Shown piece after piece: positions 29,403 through 40,393 of a stretch of DNA of 64,000 nucleotides (its first letter is position 1; the number at the start of each line of letters is the position of its first letter). Source of the stretch: Terriglobia bacterium. Its GTDB lineage: Bacteria; Acidobacteriota; UBA6911. Under the pieces are notes generated by a model. The model had not been told where the DNA came from, ran no database searches, and saw nothing but the letters and a program-made list of their open reading frames with translations. Made by a program: the position numbers and the translations under genes. The stretch spans positions 33,929 through 97,928 of the forward strand of contig JAIQGI010000023.1 in NCBI GenBank assembly GCA_020072565.1, read 5' to 3'.

Positions 29403-29657
29403 ATGATTCTCTGGGTCGTGGCAATCTTCATATTTCTGCTGAACCTGCCGTTTGGTTACTGGCGGGCGCGAGTGCGGAAATTCTCCTTGCAATGGGTCCT
29501 TGCCATACACCTCCCGGTCCCCTTGGTGATCGCCTGCCGCATCTTTTCCGGGCTGGGCTGGCACCTCATGACTTTTCCAGTAATGATCGGCGCCTTTTTC
29601 CTGGGCCAGTTCGTTGGCGGAAAATTCTTAAGATACAAGCCCTTAGGTTCTGCATAG
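29403..29657 (+). CDS. Small hydrophobic membrane protein (hypothetical)
   Basis: 84-aa ORF with 2-3 predicted transmembrane segments, in a lower-GC intergenic stretch between lolD and clpC. Confidence 0.35.
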   Translation: MILWVVAIFIFLLNLPFGYWRARVRKFSLQWVLAIHLPVPLVIACRIFSGLGWHLMTFPVMIGAFFLGQFVGGKFLRYKPLGSA

Positions 29658-29760
29658 TTGAAACCTCGGAAACGGGGATTTAGCCGTCCCTCAGCGTTTT
29701 GCTTTGCGTTGTTCGCGGCCTCTGCATTGAGATTTTGTCCGTTCCGCATTACCTTTCACC

Positions 29761-29790
29761 TTTACAGGGTTTCCGGGCAATCCGTATAAT
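29761..29790 (+). promoter_or_regulatory. Putative sigma70 promoter for clpC (TTTACA-18-TATAAT)
   Basis: TTTACA at 29761-29766 and TATAAT at 29785-29790, about 30 nt upstream of the clpC ATG. Confidence 0.45.
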
Positions 29791-29821
29791 ATATTGTTAA
29801 TGACTCGTCGAGCGTTACCGT

Positions 29822-32260
29822 ATGTTTGAAAAATATACAGAGAAGGCGCGCAGAGTTATCTTCTTTGCCCGCTATGAAGCCAGCCAGTTCGGCAGCCCCT
29901 TAATTGAAACGGAACACCTTCTCCTTGGGCTGATTCGAGAAGACAAGAACCTGACCAACCGCTTCTTCCCCAAGGCAAATGCCTCTATCGACAGCATTCG
30001 CAAGGAGATAGAAGGTCGCGCGACGATTCGGGATAAGGTCTCGACTTCCGTCGATCTCCCCTTCTCGGATGAAAGCAAGCGGGCCCTGAACGCCGCAGCC
30101 GAGGAATCGGAACGGCTCTCCCACAAGCACATCGGGACCGAACATATGCTACTGGGATTGCTGCGCGAGGAAAAGTCGGTGGCGGCCGAGATCCTGCGGG
30201 AACGCGGCCTGCGCCTTTCGATGATCCGCGAGGAACTCGGGCGCGGCGCCCCGGAGAGGCACAGTCAGAGCCGGGCGAAAGAGCCGTTGAGCCTGGCCGA
30301 GTTCTCGCGCGATCTGACGGAAGCTGCGGCAAACGACGCGCTGGATCCTCTCGTGGGGAGGAACAACGAGATCGAGCGCATGATCCAGATTCTTTGCCGA
30401 AGGACGAAGAACAATCCCGTGCTTATTGGCGAGCCTGGTGTGGGCAAGACGGCAATTGTTGAGGGTCTGGCGCAGCGGATCGTTAGCGGCCAGGTTCCGC
30501 CGCCGCTCATGGACAAGAAGATCCTCGCGCTGGACATCTCTCTGATCGTCGCCGGCACGAAATATCGGGGCCAGTTTGAAGAGCGTCTGAAGACCATCAT
30601 GAAGGAGTTGGTCGAAAACCGGAACCTGGTGGTTTTCATCGACGAGCTGCACACGCTCGTGGGCGCAGGTTCGGCGGAGGGCTCGCTCGACGCGGCCAAC
30701 ATTTTGAAGCCCGCGTTGTCGCGGGGGGAGATTCAGTGCATCGGGTCGACGACCCCTTACGAGTACCGCCGCTCGATCGAAAAAGACAGGTCGCTCGAGC
30801 GCCGCTTCCAATCGATCAAAGTGGCAGCCCCGACCGAAGCCGAAAGCATTCAGATCCTTCAGGGCATCAAGGAAAAATACGAGAACTTCCACCAGCTGAA
30901 ATATACGGATGAGGCGCTGGAGAGCGCGGTTTACCTCTCCAACCGCTATATATCGGACCGTTTTCTGCCCGACAAGGCGATTGACCTCATCGATGAGGCC
31001 GGCGCGCGCGTCAAGTTGCGCTCCATCTCCGTGCCGGAGGAGTTGATCAACCTTCAGCGGCGCATCCGCATCATAGGCGGCCGAATCGAAACGGCGATTT
31101 CGGCGCAGGAATTCGAGAAAGCGGCGCGCTATCGGCTGGAGGAGGACCTCGAGCAGGAGAATCTCCAGGTCGTCAAAGAACGCTGGCGACTGAAGAGCAC
31201 CGTCCCCTTGAAGGTGACGCGAAACGACATCGAGGAGGTCATCTCCAAATGGACGGGCGTTCCGGTCTCTTCGATCCATGAAGAGGAGAAGTTGAAACTC
31301 CTCCGCATGGAAGAGGAGCTTCACAAGAGGATCGTGAGCCAGGACAAGGCGATTTCCGCCCTCAGCAAGGCAATCCGTCGTTCCCGTGCCGGACTGAAGT
31401 CCCCGAAACGGCCGGTAGGCTCATTCCTTTTTCTGGGCCCCACGGGCGTCGGCAAGACAGAAATGGCCAGATCGCTCGCAGCCTTTCTCTTCGGCAGCGA
31501 AAACTCCATGATTCGGCTCGACATGTCGGAATACATGGAAAAGCATTCGGTGTCAAAACTCATCGGATCGCCTCCCGGCTATGTCGGTCATGATGAGGGA
31601 GGCCAGTTGACCGAGAAAGTGAAGCGAAATCCGTACTCGGTTCTGTTGCTGGACGAGATCGAAAAAGCGCACCCCGACGTTTACAATATCCTGCTCCAGG
31701 TATTCGAGGACGGGCAACTCACCGATTCGCTCGGCAACACTATCGATTTCAAGAACTGTCTCATCATCATGACCTCCAATCTTGGGGCCCGGTTCTTGGA
31801 GAAACGCGGCCACCTGGGATTCCGCACCACCTCCGAATCCGACGCCAAAAAGACAGAGGACATGATCCACAGTGAGGTCAAGAGAATTTTCAATCCCGAG
31901 TTCCTCAATCGGCTGGATGACATTATTCTCTTCGAAGCACTCAATGCGGATGACCTGGAAAAGATCGTCGATCTGCTGATCGGCCAGGGAAATGAGGTTC
32001 TCAAGCAGAAAAAAATAACAATCCTGCTTCGTCCCGAAGCCCGCAAATGGATCGTGGAAAAGACATGCGCTGATCGTTCCTACGGTGCCCGTCCATTGCG
32101 CCGCGCCATCCAGAAGTACATCGAGGACCCGCTTTCCGAAGCTCTCATCAGAAGTCAGTTCAAACCGGAGACTCTTCTTGAAATCTACCTGGACGGGGAC
32201 AGCCTTTACTATTTGCCCGCCGGAGAAGCCGTCGAGAGCGGAGTGAAATTGAGCCTCTAG
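29822..32260 (+). CDS. clpC: ATP-dependent Clp protease ATP-binding subunit ClpC-type (Clp_N repeats plus two AAA+ modules)
   Basis: [26 protein letters not shown]..; two Walker A motifs ([16 protein letters not shown]); 812 aa. Confidence 0.9.
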   Translation: MFEKYTEKARRVIFFARYEASQFGSPLIETEHLLLGLIREDKNLTNRFFPKANASIDSIRKEIEGRATIRDKVSTSVDLPFSDESKRALNAAAEESERLSHKHIGTEHMLLGLLREEKSVAAEILRERGLRLSMIREELGRGAPERHSQSRAKEPLSLAEFSRDLTEAAANDALDPLVGRNNEIERMIQILCRRTKNNPVLIGEPGVGKTAIVEGLAQRIVSGQVPPPLMDKKILALDISLIVAGTKYRGQFEERLKTIMKELVENRNLVVFIDELHTLVGAGSAEGSLDAANILKPALSRGEIQCIGSTTPYEYRRSIEKDRSLERRFQSIKVAAPTEAESIQILQGIKEKYENFHQLKYTDEALESAVYLSNRYISDRFLPDKAIDLIDEAGARVKLRSISVPEELINLQRRIRIIGGRIETAISAQEFEKAARYRLEEDLEQENLQVVKERWRLKSTVPLKVTRNDIEEVISKWTGVPVSSIHEEEKLKLLRMEEELHKRIVSQDKAISALSKAIRRSRAGLKSPKRPVGSFLFLGPTGVGKTEMARSLAAFLFGSENSMIRLDMSEYMEKHSVSKLIGSPPGYVGHDEGGQLTEKVKRNPYSVLLLDEIEKAHPDVYNILLQVFEDGQLTDSLGNTIDFKNCLIIMTSNLGARFLEKRGHLGFRTTSESDAKKTEDMIHSEVKRIFNPEFLNRLDDIILFEALNADDLEKIVDLLIGQGNEVLKQKKITILLRPEARKWIVEKTCADRSYGARPLRRAIQKYIEDPLSEALIRSQFKPETLLEIYLDGDSLYYLPAGEAVESGVKLSL

Positions 32261-32527
32261 TTCCGGCGCAGGTCTCGGGTCATTTTTTGGCCGCGGCGAT
32301 GGCAGAGAGCTCCCTGCAATTGTCTGCGATTTCCGCATTGAGGCTTTGGGAAGGCGATGCACTGCCAAAAAATGGAACGTAGCGAAAGGTAGCGGAGTAT
32401 AGATACCCAGGCGAATCTCGTGCTGGATTTAAGCCCCTGGTTCATCTAAGATATGCGTTTTGTATAACATGCTGCAAAAGCAGCGGATGGGTTATGCGGT
32501 TCAGGGCCGTGTGAAGCTGGAGGACGG

Positions 32528-35131
32528 ATGTCAAAGTTGGTCAAATCGGGAATCTGGTATCTGGCTGGGTTATTGCTGACAGGTTTCCCGGCCGTCGCCC
32601 AGCAACCCCAAAAGCAGAAGGAAGTAATCATAGAGAGGATCGACATCCGCGGCAACCGCAGGATGACGGAAGACAATATCCGGTCCTACATTCAGTCCCG
32701 TCCCGGGGATGTTTATGATGAGGAACGCCTGCAGTTTGACCTCAGGTCGATCTACAAAGAGCTGAAGTGGTTCGAGAACATAGAGGTCACGTCGACGGAC
32801 GGCGACGCAGGGAAGATTGTCACATTCCTCTTCAAGGAAAAACCGCTGATCCGCGAAATCAAGTATGTCGGCAACAAGTCGTTCACCGAATCCAATATCC
32901 TTGATCAATTCAAGGAGCGCAAAGTCGGCATTGTGCAGGACTCCATTTACGAGCCGGCCAAGATCCGTGCGGCCGAACGAGCCCTGAGGGACCTCCTGCT
33001 GCAAAACGGGAGACCGTTGGGAACCGTGCATTCCGAGATCGAGCAGGTACCGCCGAGCAGCGTACGGCTGAAGTTTGTGATCGACGAGGGGCCCAAGGTG
33101 CGCATTGGAGATATCCGGTTCGTCGGTGCGAAGGTCTTCTCCGAGGAAGAGCTGAAAACGGCGCTGAAGCTCACCAAGGAACGCGGCCCGACCTCCATCT
33201 TCAAGGGAACGGACAAGTATTTCAAGGACAAGCTGGATTACGACCTCCAGACCAACCTGACTGCCTTCTACCAGGAGAGGGGCTACCTCCAGGTTCAGAT
33301 TGGCGAACCTCTCACCCGCATTTTTGAAGGGCCTCGGGGAAAAATCCCGATGCTGAGGAAGACCAAGGAGCAGTTCCTGGTAGAGATCCCGATCGAAGCC
33401 GGTGACCAATATCACCTGGGCGATTTGAAGATGAACAATTGCGGCATCTTCAAATGCGACTTCCTCGCCAGCCTTTTTCAGATGAAGAAGGGGGATGTTC
33501 TCAACTACAAGAGGGTCAAGACCACCATCGATAACATCAAAAAGCTCTTCGGCAACTACGGTTTTATCGATGCGGACCTCATCCCGGATCAGACTCCCCA
33601 CCCCGATACCAAGTCGGTAGACCTCACGTTTAATCTGGAGCCCGGCAAGCAGTTCACCGTGCACCGCATCGAGTTCGAGGGGAACACCAAGACTCGAGAT
33701 AAAGTGATGCGGCGCGAGTTCGTGATCGAGGAAGGGAAGATCTTCAGCAGCCAGTTGCTCGAGACCTCGGTGCAGCGCCTGAACATGCTGGGCTATTTCG
33801 AAAAGATCGAGGACAAGGACTACAACACCGTTCCGGATCCCAAAACGGCGATGGTGGACGTCACCGTCAAGGTAAAAGAGAAGAGCCAGCAGTCCATCGG
33901 TTTGACAGGAGGCGTCAGCGGCTATTCGGGGAGCTTTATCGGCATGAACTATCAGACTAACAATCTGATGGGACGCGGCGAAAGCCTGGAGTTCAGCTTC
34001 ACGGCCGGGACCCGCACAACCGACTTCATCGTGTCGTTCACCGAGCCCTACTTGATGGACACGCGCTGGAACATGGGCATCTCGCTTTTCAATTCGCGCA
34101 ACCGCTTCGATACCTACAGCGTTTTCGGCTATACCAACATCGTTTCAGGGCAGCCGACCCAGTTGTTCACGCAGCGCACCAGCGGCGCGACCCTAAATCT
34201 CAGCCGTCCCCTTGGGCGCACATGGTGGCGCCTGGGAACGAGCTACACATACCAGAAGATTGGAGTCGCCGACATCGCATCCGGCTTCGAGCCGTTTGCG
34301 CTCGGGCAGTTCACCGGCTTTGCTCCTGGCGGGGATGCGAACGCCGCGCTGAAGGGAATCATCCGCAGCGAGATCACACCTTCGCTCTCCTATAACTCCA
34401 CCAACGCCTTTTTCAATCCCACCAGGGGCCACAGCCTGACCTTGTCGGTGGGCGTCGCCGGGAGTGTACTGGGTGGTGATTTCAATCTGATCCGCCCATC
34501 GGTGGAATACCGCCAATTCTTCCCCGACAAGTGGATCAGCGGCCGGCGCAACACCTTCGGATTCCGGTTCGTGGGACAGTATGTGAAGACCTTCAGCAAC
34601 TCGACCGTGCCGTTCTTTGACCGGTTCTTTATCGGGGGCGAGACTACCATCCGCGGCTTCGACATCCGCTCGGTCAGCCCGCTGGTGATCACCTCGACGA
34701 GAAGGCTGGATCCCCAGGGCAATCCGCTCATCGACCTCACGACCGGTCTGGCCCGCATCGATCGCAGCATCAATCCGATCGGCGGCGACGCCATGGGCCT
34801 TTTCAGCGGGGAGTATCGCGTTCCGATCGCGGGCCCGCTGGCCATGTCCCTTTTCTATGATATGGGCTTGACGACCGTGACTGATAGGAGTGTGCTCGGC
34901 GTCTTCGGCGCAACCACCTCCAACGCGCTGATCGCGTCCTCGAATCGCGTGATCCGAAGCTCAACGGGTCTGGAGATTTCGTTCATGCTGCCGATGGTGA
35001 ACGCCCCATTCCGTCTGATCTTTGCCTTTAATCCCCAGGTTTATGACAACACAGTCCTGATCGGCACGATCCCGTTCAGTATCAAGGAGCCCCGCCACGA
35101 CATCAAGTTCACAATCGGACGCAGCTTCTGA
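32528..35131 (+). CDS. bamA: Outer-membrane protein assembly factor BamA (Omp85; POTRA repeats plus beta-barrel)
   Basis: Signal peptide, ..IERIDIRGNRRM..DNIRSYI.. POTRA 1, multiple POTRA repeats, terminal aromatic ..IGRSF. Confidence 0.9.
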   Translation: MSKLVKSGIWYLAGLLLTGFPAVAQQPQKQKEVIIERIDIRGNRRMTEDNIRSYIQSRPGDVYDEERLQFDLRSIYKELKWFENIEVTSTDGDAGKIVTFLFKEKPLIREIKYVGNKSFTESNILDQFKERKVGIVQDSIYEPAKIRAAERALRDLLLQNGRPLGTVHSEIEQVPPSSVRLKFVIDEGPKVRIGDIRFVGAKVFSEEELKTALKLTKERGPTSIFKGTDKYFKDKLDYDLQTNLTAFYQERGYLQVQIGEPLTRIFEGPRGKIPMLRKTKEQFLVEIPIEAGDQYHLGDLKMNNCGIFKCDFLASLFQMKKGDVLNYKRVKTTIDNIKKLFGNYGFIDADLIPDQTPHPDTKSVDLTFNLEPGKQFTVHRIEFEGNTKTRDKVMRREFVIEEGKIFSSQLLETSVQRLNMLGYFEKIEDKDYNTVPDPKTAMVDVTVKVKEKSQQSIGLTGGVSGYSGSFIGMNYQTNNLMGRGESLEFSFTAGTRTTDFIVSFTEPYLMDTRWNMGISLFNSRNRFDTYSVFGYTNIVSGQPTQLFTQRTSGATLNLSRPLGRTWWRLGTSYTYQKIGVADIASGFEPFALGQFTGFAPGGDANAALKGIIRSEITPSLSYNSTNAFFNPTRGHSLTLSVGVAGSVLGGDFNLIRPSVEYRQFFPDKWISGRRNTFGFRFVGQYVKTFSNSTVPFFDRFFIGGETTIRGFDIRSVSPLVITSTRRLDPQGNPLIDLTTGLARIDRSINPIGGDAMGLFSGEYRVPIAGPLAMSLFYDMGLTTVTDRSVLGVFGATTSNALIASSNRVIRSSTGLEISFMLPMVNAPFRLIFAFNPQVYDNTVLIGTIPFSIKEPRHDIKFTIGRSF

Positions 35132-35273
35132 TTCCATTTTGCCACTGCATGTGAGGTATAGTACATTTTTTCATCTGTACGCCTGCAATCAGCATTTTGT
35201 TTGCATTCATCGTGCCATCGAAAGGATCGAGCAGGCCTGGCACTTCAAAAAGACCAAAGGAGACTACATTTGA

Positions 35274-35884
35274 TGAGTCGAAAACCGATTTTATTTCTGG
35301 CTTTATTGCTGGCGCTTCCCGTCTGGGGCGCAGCGCAGAATCCCCCGACCCCGCCGCCTGCACCCCCCGCCGCCCAAGCAGCCGCGCCGGTCGTGATCGG
35401 CCCGGCAAAGGTCGCTTTCGTGGACATCCAGCAGGCCATCACCCTCTGCGATGAGGGGAAGAAGGAATCGGCCATTCTGCAGCAGTATGTGGATCAGAAG
35501 AGCCAGGAACTTCAAAAAATGCAGAAGGAACTCGAGGGGCTGAGAAACCAGCTCGAACTTACGGGTTCCAAACTGAACGACGACGCGCGGCAGGATCTCG
35601 CCGACGCGATCGAGAGCAAGGACACCCAGGTGCAGCGCTTCCAGCAGGACACGCAGAAGGACATCGACAGTCGCCGACAGAAGCTCCAAAACACCATCGC
35701 GCGCAAGATGCTGACCTCCATCGAGAAAGTGGCCAAAGAGAAGGGTGCGAATGTGGTGCAGTTTCTCGGCATTACGAACATCTACGGTTATGTCGATCCA
35801 TCGCTGGTCATCACCGAGGATGTCGTGAAGGCTTACAACATAGCCTATCCGGCCGCCGCCGTGTCTCCTGCGGTGAAGAAGTAA
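35274..35884 (+). CDS. skp: Periplasmic chaperone Skp (OmpH family)
   Basis: Signal peptide MSRKPILFLALLLALPVWGAAQ; coiled-coil K/Q/E-rich body; located downstream of bamA. Confidence 0.8.
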
Positions 35885-35947
35885 CCGGGCGCATCCGCCG
35901 GCCCACCACTTCGACGAGCAGGCGGTTTGAGGTTACGGACTTGATTC

Positions 35948-35980
35948 GGGGATGGCATGCGCGGGCGCCATCCCCTTTTT
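35948..35980 (+). terminator. Rho-independent terminator after skp
   Basis: GGGGATGGC-atgcgcggg-GCCATCCCC followed by TTTTT. Confidence 0.7.
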
Positions 35981-36013
35981 CCCTCTCCCAGCCGAACCCG
36001 TTCCCGAGGAATC

Positions 36014-36466
36014 ATGGAAGGCACTTTCTCTGCGCTGAAGATACGCGAAATCCTGGAAATCATGCCCCACCGTTACCCGTTTCTGCTGGTCGACCGCATC
36101 ATCGAGTTTGACGGCAAAAACCGGATGGTCGGAATAAAGAATGTTTCCTTCAACGAAGCGTTCTTCCAGGGTCACTTTCCAGAACACCCGGTCATGCCGG
36201 GTGTTCTGGTAGTCGAGGCTCTGGCCCAGGTCGGCGTGATCCTTCTCTTCAGTGCGGACGAGAGCCGCAACTCCAAGCTGGTTTATTTTTCGGGAATCGA
36301 CAACTGCCGCTTTCGCCAACCCGTGATTCCGGGCGATCAGATCCGTCTGGAGGTTACCTCGATCAAGCGCCGCGGCAACTTTTTCAAAATGAAGGGCGAG
36401 GCCCTGGTGGACGGCACGCTGGTAGCCGAAGCGGAACTGTCCTGCGCCATCGTGGATCGCGGCTAG
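36014..36466 (+). CDS. fabZ: 3-hydroxyacyl-[ACP] dehydratase FabZ
   Basis: ..[13 protein letters not shown].., ..FFQGHFP..PVMPGVL..EA.AQ.. Confidence 0.9.
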   Translation: MEGTFSALKIREILEIMPHRYPFLLVDRIIEFDGKNRMVGIKNVSFNEAFFQGHFPEHPVMPGVLVVEALAQVGVILLFSADESRNSKLVYFSGIDNCRFRQPVIPGDQIRLEVTSIKRRGNFFKMKGEALVDGTLVAEAELSCAIVDRG

Positions 36467-36488
36467 GCATATGGGATATCGCATCAGC

Positions 36489-37268
36489 ATGAGCATTCAT
36501 CCTACGGCTATCGTCGACAAAAAGGCGGAGATCGGATCGGACGTGGCCATCGGCCCCTACTGCGTCGTGGCGCCGGACGTCCGCATCGGCAACGGCACCG
36601 AACTGGGTCCCTACGTGAGCGTGCAGAGTGGCACCACAATCGGGGAGTCCTGCAGGTTCTATGGCCACTCTTCCATCGGGACCGATCCCCAGGATCTCAA
36701 GTACATGGGGGAACCCACGCGCCTGCAGATCGGCAACCGCAACGTGTTCCGCGAGTTCGTCTCGATAAACCGCGGGACACCGCATGGAGGCCACGTCACC
36801 AAGATTGGTGATGACGGTCTGTTTATGGCTTACAGCCATGTCGGGCACGACGGCCAGGTGGGCAGCCATGTGATTTTCGCCAATGCCGCCACCCTGGCGG
36901 GACATGTTGCCGTCAGCGATCACGCGCAGGTTGGCGCGTTTTCCGCCATACATCAGTTCTGCCGCGTGGGACCTCATGCTTTCATCGGCGGCTTTTCCGT
37001 CGTGACTCGCGACGCCCTCCCCTATGTGAAAACGGTCGGCGCGCGCAACGATGCCAAGACGTACGGCATCAACACGATAGGCCTTCAGCGCAAGGGCTTT
37101 GCGGAGGACTCCATCGAAGAATTGAAGCAGGTCTATCGGATCCTGTTCCGCTCTCAACTCAACACCAGCGATGCCCTGGTTAAAGCGCGTGAGGGCACAT
37201 GGACCGCGCCGGAAGTCGCAGTCCTTCTTGAGTTCATCGAAAGTTCCGAACGAGGATTTATCCGATGA
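36489..37268 (+). CDS. lpxA: Acyl-ACP--UDP-N-acetylglucosamine O-acyltransferase LpxA
   Basis: MSIHPTAIVD..; hexapeptide-repeat left-handed beta-helix. The start may alternatively be 36471. Confidence 0.9.
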   Translation: MSIHPTAIVDKKAEIGSDVAIGPYCVVAPDVRIGNGTELGPYVSVQSGTTIGESCRFYGHSSIGTDPQDLKYMGEPTRLQIGNRNVFREFVSINRGTPHGGHVTKIGDDGLFMAYSHVGHDGQVGSHVIFANAATLAGHVAVSDHAQVGAFSAIHQFCRVGPHAFIGGFSVVTRDALPYVKTVGARNDAKTYGINTIGLQRKGFAEDSIEELKQVYRILFRSQLNTSDALVKAREGTWTAPEVAVLLEFIESSERGFIR

Positions 37269-37368
37269 GAGCATGCCGCCGAGACGCCAGAACCTCAAGG
37301 CGCCAAGAATGCAATTTTCTGCCGGCGTCTGCGCGTCCTGGTGCCTCGGCGGTTTGAAAGCGAAGGCG

Positions 37369-38196
37369 ATGAACGAGAGTGCCGTCAAATACGGGCTGAT
37401 TGCCGGAAATGGCAGGTTTCCTTTCATGGTGCTGGAATCGGCGCGGGAGCGCAGCTTGGACATGGTCGTCGCGGCCATAAAGGAAGAGACCTTTCCGGAG
37501 ATCGAATCGTGCGGCTATCCCGTACACTGGCTCGGATTGGGACAGCTCGGTAAGCTGATTCGCGTGTTCCAGCAGGCCGGCGTCACAAAAGCGATCATGG
37601 CCGGTCAGGTCAAACACGTTCAGATCTTCGGCTCTTCCCTTCCCGATCTGACCATGCTCAAGACGCTCGCCGGCCTGAAACACAAGAGTTCAGACGCCCT
37701 GATCGGAGCCGTCGCCCGCGTGCTGGAGGAAGCGGGAATCGCCCTGCTTGATTCCACCGAGTTTCTCAAGCCGCACATGGTCCCCGAAGGGACGCTGACT
37801 CGTCGCGGCCTCAATGAGCATGAGCAGGCGGATCTGGAGTTCGGCAGGCCCGTCGCACACCGGATAGCGCTCATGGACATCGGCCAGACGCTTGTGGTCC
37901 GGGATCGGGCGGTGGTGGCCGTGGAGGCCATGGAGGGCACCGATGCAGCGGTCCGACGCGCCGGTGATTTGGCCGGCGGCAGAGATCTCACTGTGATCAA
38001 GGTGAGCAAGCCCAAACAGGATATGCGGTTCGATGTGCCGGTAGTCGGGCCATCCACCATCCGGAATATGATCGAAGCAGGGGCCACGGCTCTGGTGCTG
38101 GATGCCCACCGGACCCTGCTGGTTGATCGACGCCAATTGGTTCAAATGGCGGACAGCAACGGCATCGCAATCGTAGGGCTGCCCCCGATCGAATGA
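37369..38196 (+). CDS. lpxI: UDP-2,3-diacylglucosamine hydrolase LpxI (DUF1009)
   Basis: ..YGLIAGNGRFP.., ..AIMAGQV.. DUF1009/LpxI blocks. The start could be the upstream ATG at 37308. Confidence 0.75.
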   Translation: MNESAVKYGLIAGNGRFPFMVLESARERSLDMVVAAIKEETFPEIESCGYPVHWLGLGQLGKLIRVFQQAGVTKAIMAGQVKHVQIFGSSLPDLTMLKTLAGLKHKSSDALIGAVARVLEEAGIALLDSTEFLKPHMVPEGTLTRRGLNEHEQADLEFGRPVAHRIALMDIGQTLVVRDRAVVAVEAMEGTDAAVRRAGDLAGGRDLTVIKVSKPKQDMRFDVPVVGPSTIRNMIEAGATALVLDAHRTLLVDRRQLVQMADSNGIAIVGLPPIE

Positions 38197-38227
38197 CGCG
38201 CCGAACACGTCGGCGAAGGAGCAAATC

Positions 38228-39196
38228 GTGGACAAGATCCGTGTCGGCGTAGTCGGGGTGGGAGCCCTCGGCCAACACCACGCCCGAGTCTATTCGACGC
38301 TGCCCGATGTCACGCTCGTGGGTGTGGTCGATACCCGACCGGGACGAGCCGAAGAGATTGCCGGGCCACTCGCTACTCAGTCATTTGCAGACTATCGGCA
38401 GCTTTTCGGCAAAGTGGATGCCGTCAGCATTGCCGCGCCCACCACCCTGCACGGGGAAATCGGGGAAGAGTTCTTGAACCAGGGAGTGAGCGTGCTGGTG
38501 GAGAAACCGATCAGCCACACCCTCGCCGACGCCGACCGTCTCATGCGCGCGGCGCAGACAAGTGGCTGCGTGCTCCAGGTGGGACACCTTGAACGGTTCA
38601 ACCCGGCAATCCAGGCGGTGCGCGAGATCGTCAACCGGCCGCGCTTTTTCGAAGCCCACCGCATGGGGCTGTTCTCGCCGCGTAGCTTGGATATCGATGT
38701 GATCCTCGATTTAATGATCCACGATCTGGACATCATATCCTCACTCGTCCCCACACCGCCGGTACACATTGAGGCCGTCGGAATCGCGATCCTGACCAAA
38801 CGCATCGATATTGCCAACGCTCGCATCCAGTTCGGCGACGGCTGCGTGGCGAACGTGACCGCCAGCCGGGTTTCCATGGAAAAGATCCGCAAGCTGCGGT
38901 TCTTCCAGGCCCGCGAGTACATCTCCATCGACTACACCCGGCAGGATGTATCGATCTTTCGACTGGATGGGCCCCCGGCCAGAGCTGCCCAGATCATCAG
39001 CCAAAAACTCACTCCCCCGCGCCGCGAGCCGCTCGATCTGGAGCTGCGCGCCTTCCTGGATGCCGTCCGGGGACGCGGTCAGGTGGCATGCACGGGAGCT
39101 GAAGGCAAAAAAACTCTGGAACTCGCCCTCCAGATTCTGGAGAAAGCGGAGAAAGCACAGGCACAAGCCCTGAATTCCGGCCCGGAAATCCGATGA
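38228..39196 (+). CDS. Gfo/Idh/MocA-family NAD(P)-dependent oxidoreductase in the lipid A cluster
   Basis: GTG start; Rossmann N-terminus IRVGVVGVGALGQHH..; family-typical ..EKP.. block. Confidence 0.8.
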   Translation: MDKIRVGVVGVGALGQHHARVYSTLPDVTLVGVVDTRPGRAEEIAGPLATQSFADYRQLFGKVDAVSIAAPTTLHGEIGEEFLNQGVSVLVEKPISHTLADADRLMRAAQTSGCVLQVGHLERFNPAIQAVREIVNRPRFFEAHRMGLFSPRSLDIDVILDLMIHDLDIISSLVPTPPVHIEAVGIAILTKRIDIANARIQFGDGCVANVTASRVSMEKIRKLRFFQAREYISIDYTRQDVSIFRLDGPPARAAQIISQKLTPPRREPLDLELRAFLDAVRGRGQVACTGAEGKKTLELALQILEKAEKAQAQALNSGPEIR

Positions 39197-39285
39197 CGGG
39201 TATAATGTTTATAGCATACTGAGCACAGGCATGGCATTTCAGGACTCGGCGCCAAAGTGCGCCGATCAGGCTTAAGCCCATAGAA

Positions 39286-39316
39286 TTGACAGGACTTAGC
39301 TTGCCTTTCTATACTT
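39286..39316 (+). promoter_or_regulatory. Putative sigma70 promoter for the tonB-like gene (TTGACA-19-TATACT)
   Basis: TTGACA at 39286-39291 and TATACT at 39311-39316, about 27 nt upstream of the start codon. Confidence 0.4.
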
Positions 39317-39342
39317 TGCTGGATATGGGCGGTTAGACGCGA

Positions 39343-40320
39343 ATGTTTGAATATGCGATTGGCCACTACCAGAAACACCCGCCGAGCAGGCGTTTGCTTG
39401 CCTCCTGGGTCGCCAGTATTCTGGGCCACGCCCTCGCGGTCTTGATCCTATACCTGAACCCGCAATTGCTGCAGGGTGGTTCCTATTTGTGGTTCCGGCA
39501 ACCGGTGCTTACGCCGCCGGAAGCACAAAGCAAGCAGTGGCGCAACCTCACCTTCGTGGCAAAAATGGAAATGCCCTCCGCCGAAGAACTCAAGAAGTAT
39601 ATCTATGACTGGAACCGGGCCAAGGCCGAGAAGGAGGCAAGCCTTCCTCCTATCCGCATCAACCTGCCTCCCACGAACACGAATGATTTTCCTCCGCGGC
39701 TGCCGAAGCCTCGACTCGACAATCCTCCCATCCCGGGCAATCTGCCCATCCCAGTGACGGCAATACCGGCCGTGTCAGCACCACCCGCTACCAGCGGCGA
39801 TGCTGGAGGAGACACCAAAAAGGCGCCGCCGACCGGCGTGACGGACGTGGCACCAAAGACGATTCCTAAGGGCGTAGGCGACGCTCCTGCTCAGCCTCCG
39901 GGTTCCATGACGACATCCGGTTCCACAACCGCATCCCAGGCTGCCGCACAGGGTGCGGGTGGGAAGGCTGTCAAAGATCCGGGACAGGAAATTAGGGGTG
40001 GAGGTGACTATCTCTTCGACACCAAAGGATTTAATTTCGACGAATACGGCAAGCTCGTCAAAGCCCTTATCGAACAAAAATGGCAGATCCCCTCGAACCT
40101 GCGCGACTCGCAGGGAAGCACAACCATTGTCTTCTACATCACCAAAAACGGGCAAGTCATACTCGCCGGTATCGAGGGGAAAGGATCAGGTAATCTTTCC
40201 CTGGACTATGCAGCGCTCAGCGCTGTATGGTTGGCAAATCCTCTCCCTCCGCTACCGAAGAACTTTCCTGCGGATCGCGTGGGCGCCAGATTCATATTCG
40301 CATACAACGAACGCAAGTGA
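39343..40320 (+). CDS. tonB: TonB-family energy transducer (N-terminal membrane anchor, Pro-rich spacer, TonB C-terminal domain)
   Basis: Transmembrane segment (..WVASILGHALAVLILYL), Pro-rich stretch (PPRLPKPRLDNPPIPGNLPIP..), C-terminal domain (..GSTTIVFYITKNGQV...ANPLPPLP..). Confidence 0.75.
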   Translation: MFEYAIGHYQKHPPSRRLLASWVASILGHALAVLILYLNPQLLQGGSYLWFRQPVLTPPEAQSKQWRNLTFVAKMEMPSAEELKKYIYDWNRAKAEKEASLPPIRINLPPTNTNDFPPRLPKPRLDNPPIPGNLPIPVTAIPAVSAPPATSGDAGGDTKKAPPTGVTDVAPKTIPKGVGDAPAQPPGSMTTSGSTTASQAAAQGAGGKAVKDPGQEIRGGGDYLFDTKGFNFDEYGKLVKALIEQKWQIPSNLRDSQGSTTIVFYITKNGQVILAGIEGKGSGNLSLDYAALSAVWLANPLPPLPKNFPADRVGARFIFAYNERK

Positions 40321-40393
40321 TGAAGAAGAGGACATTCCGATTCTCCAGACATTACTCAGCCTGACGACTGAAAGTGGGGGAAGATCGAGATTC

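Noticed and set aside
30149-31324. 391-aa minus-strand ORF inside clpC
   Set aside because: Antisense to clpC with two AAA+ modules. Artefact. The same logic covers 32570..33664(-) in bamA, 36384..37478(-) in lpxA/lpxI, 41579..42547(-) in the SpoIID gene, 56528..57295(-) in comEC, 20311..21264(-) opposite the BtuF-like gene, 21511..22473(+) opposite the DUF4388 gene, and 15374..16171(-) in the lipoprotein gene.
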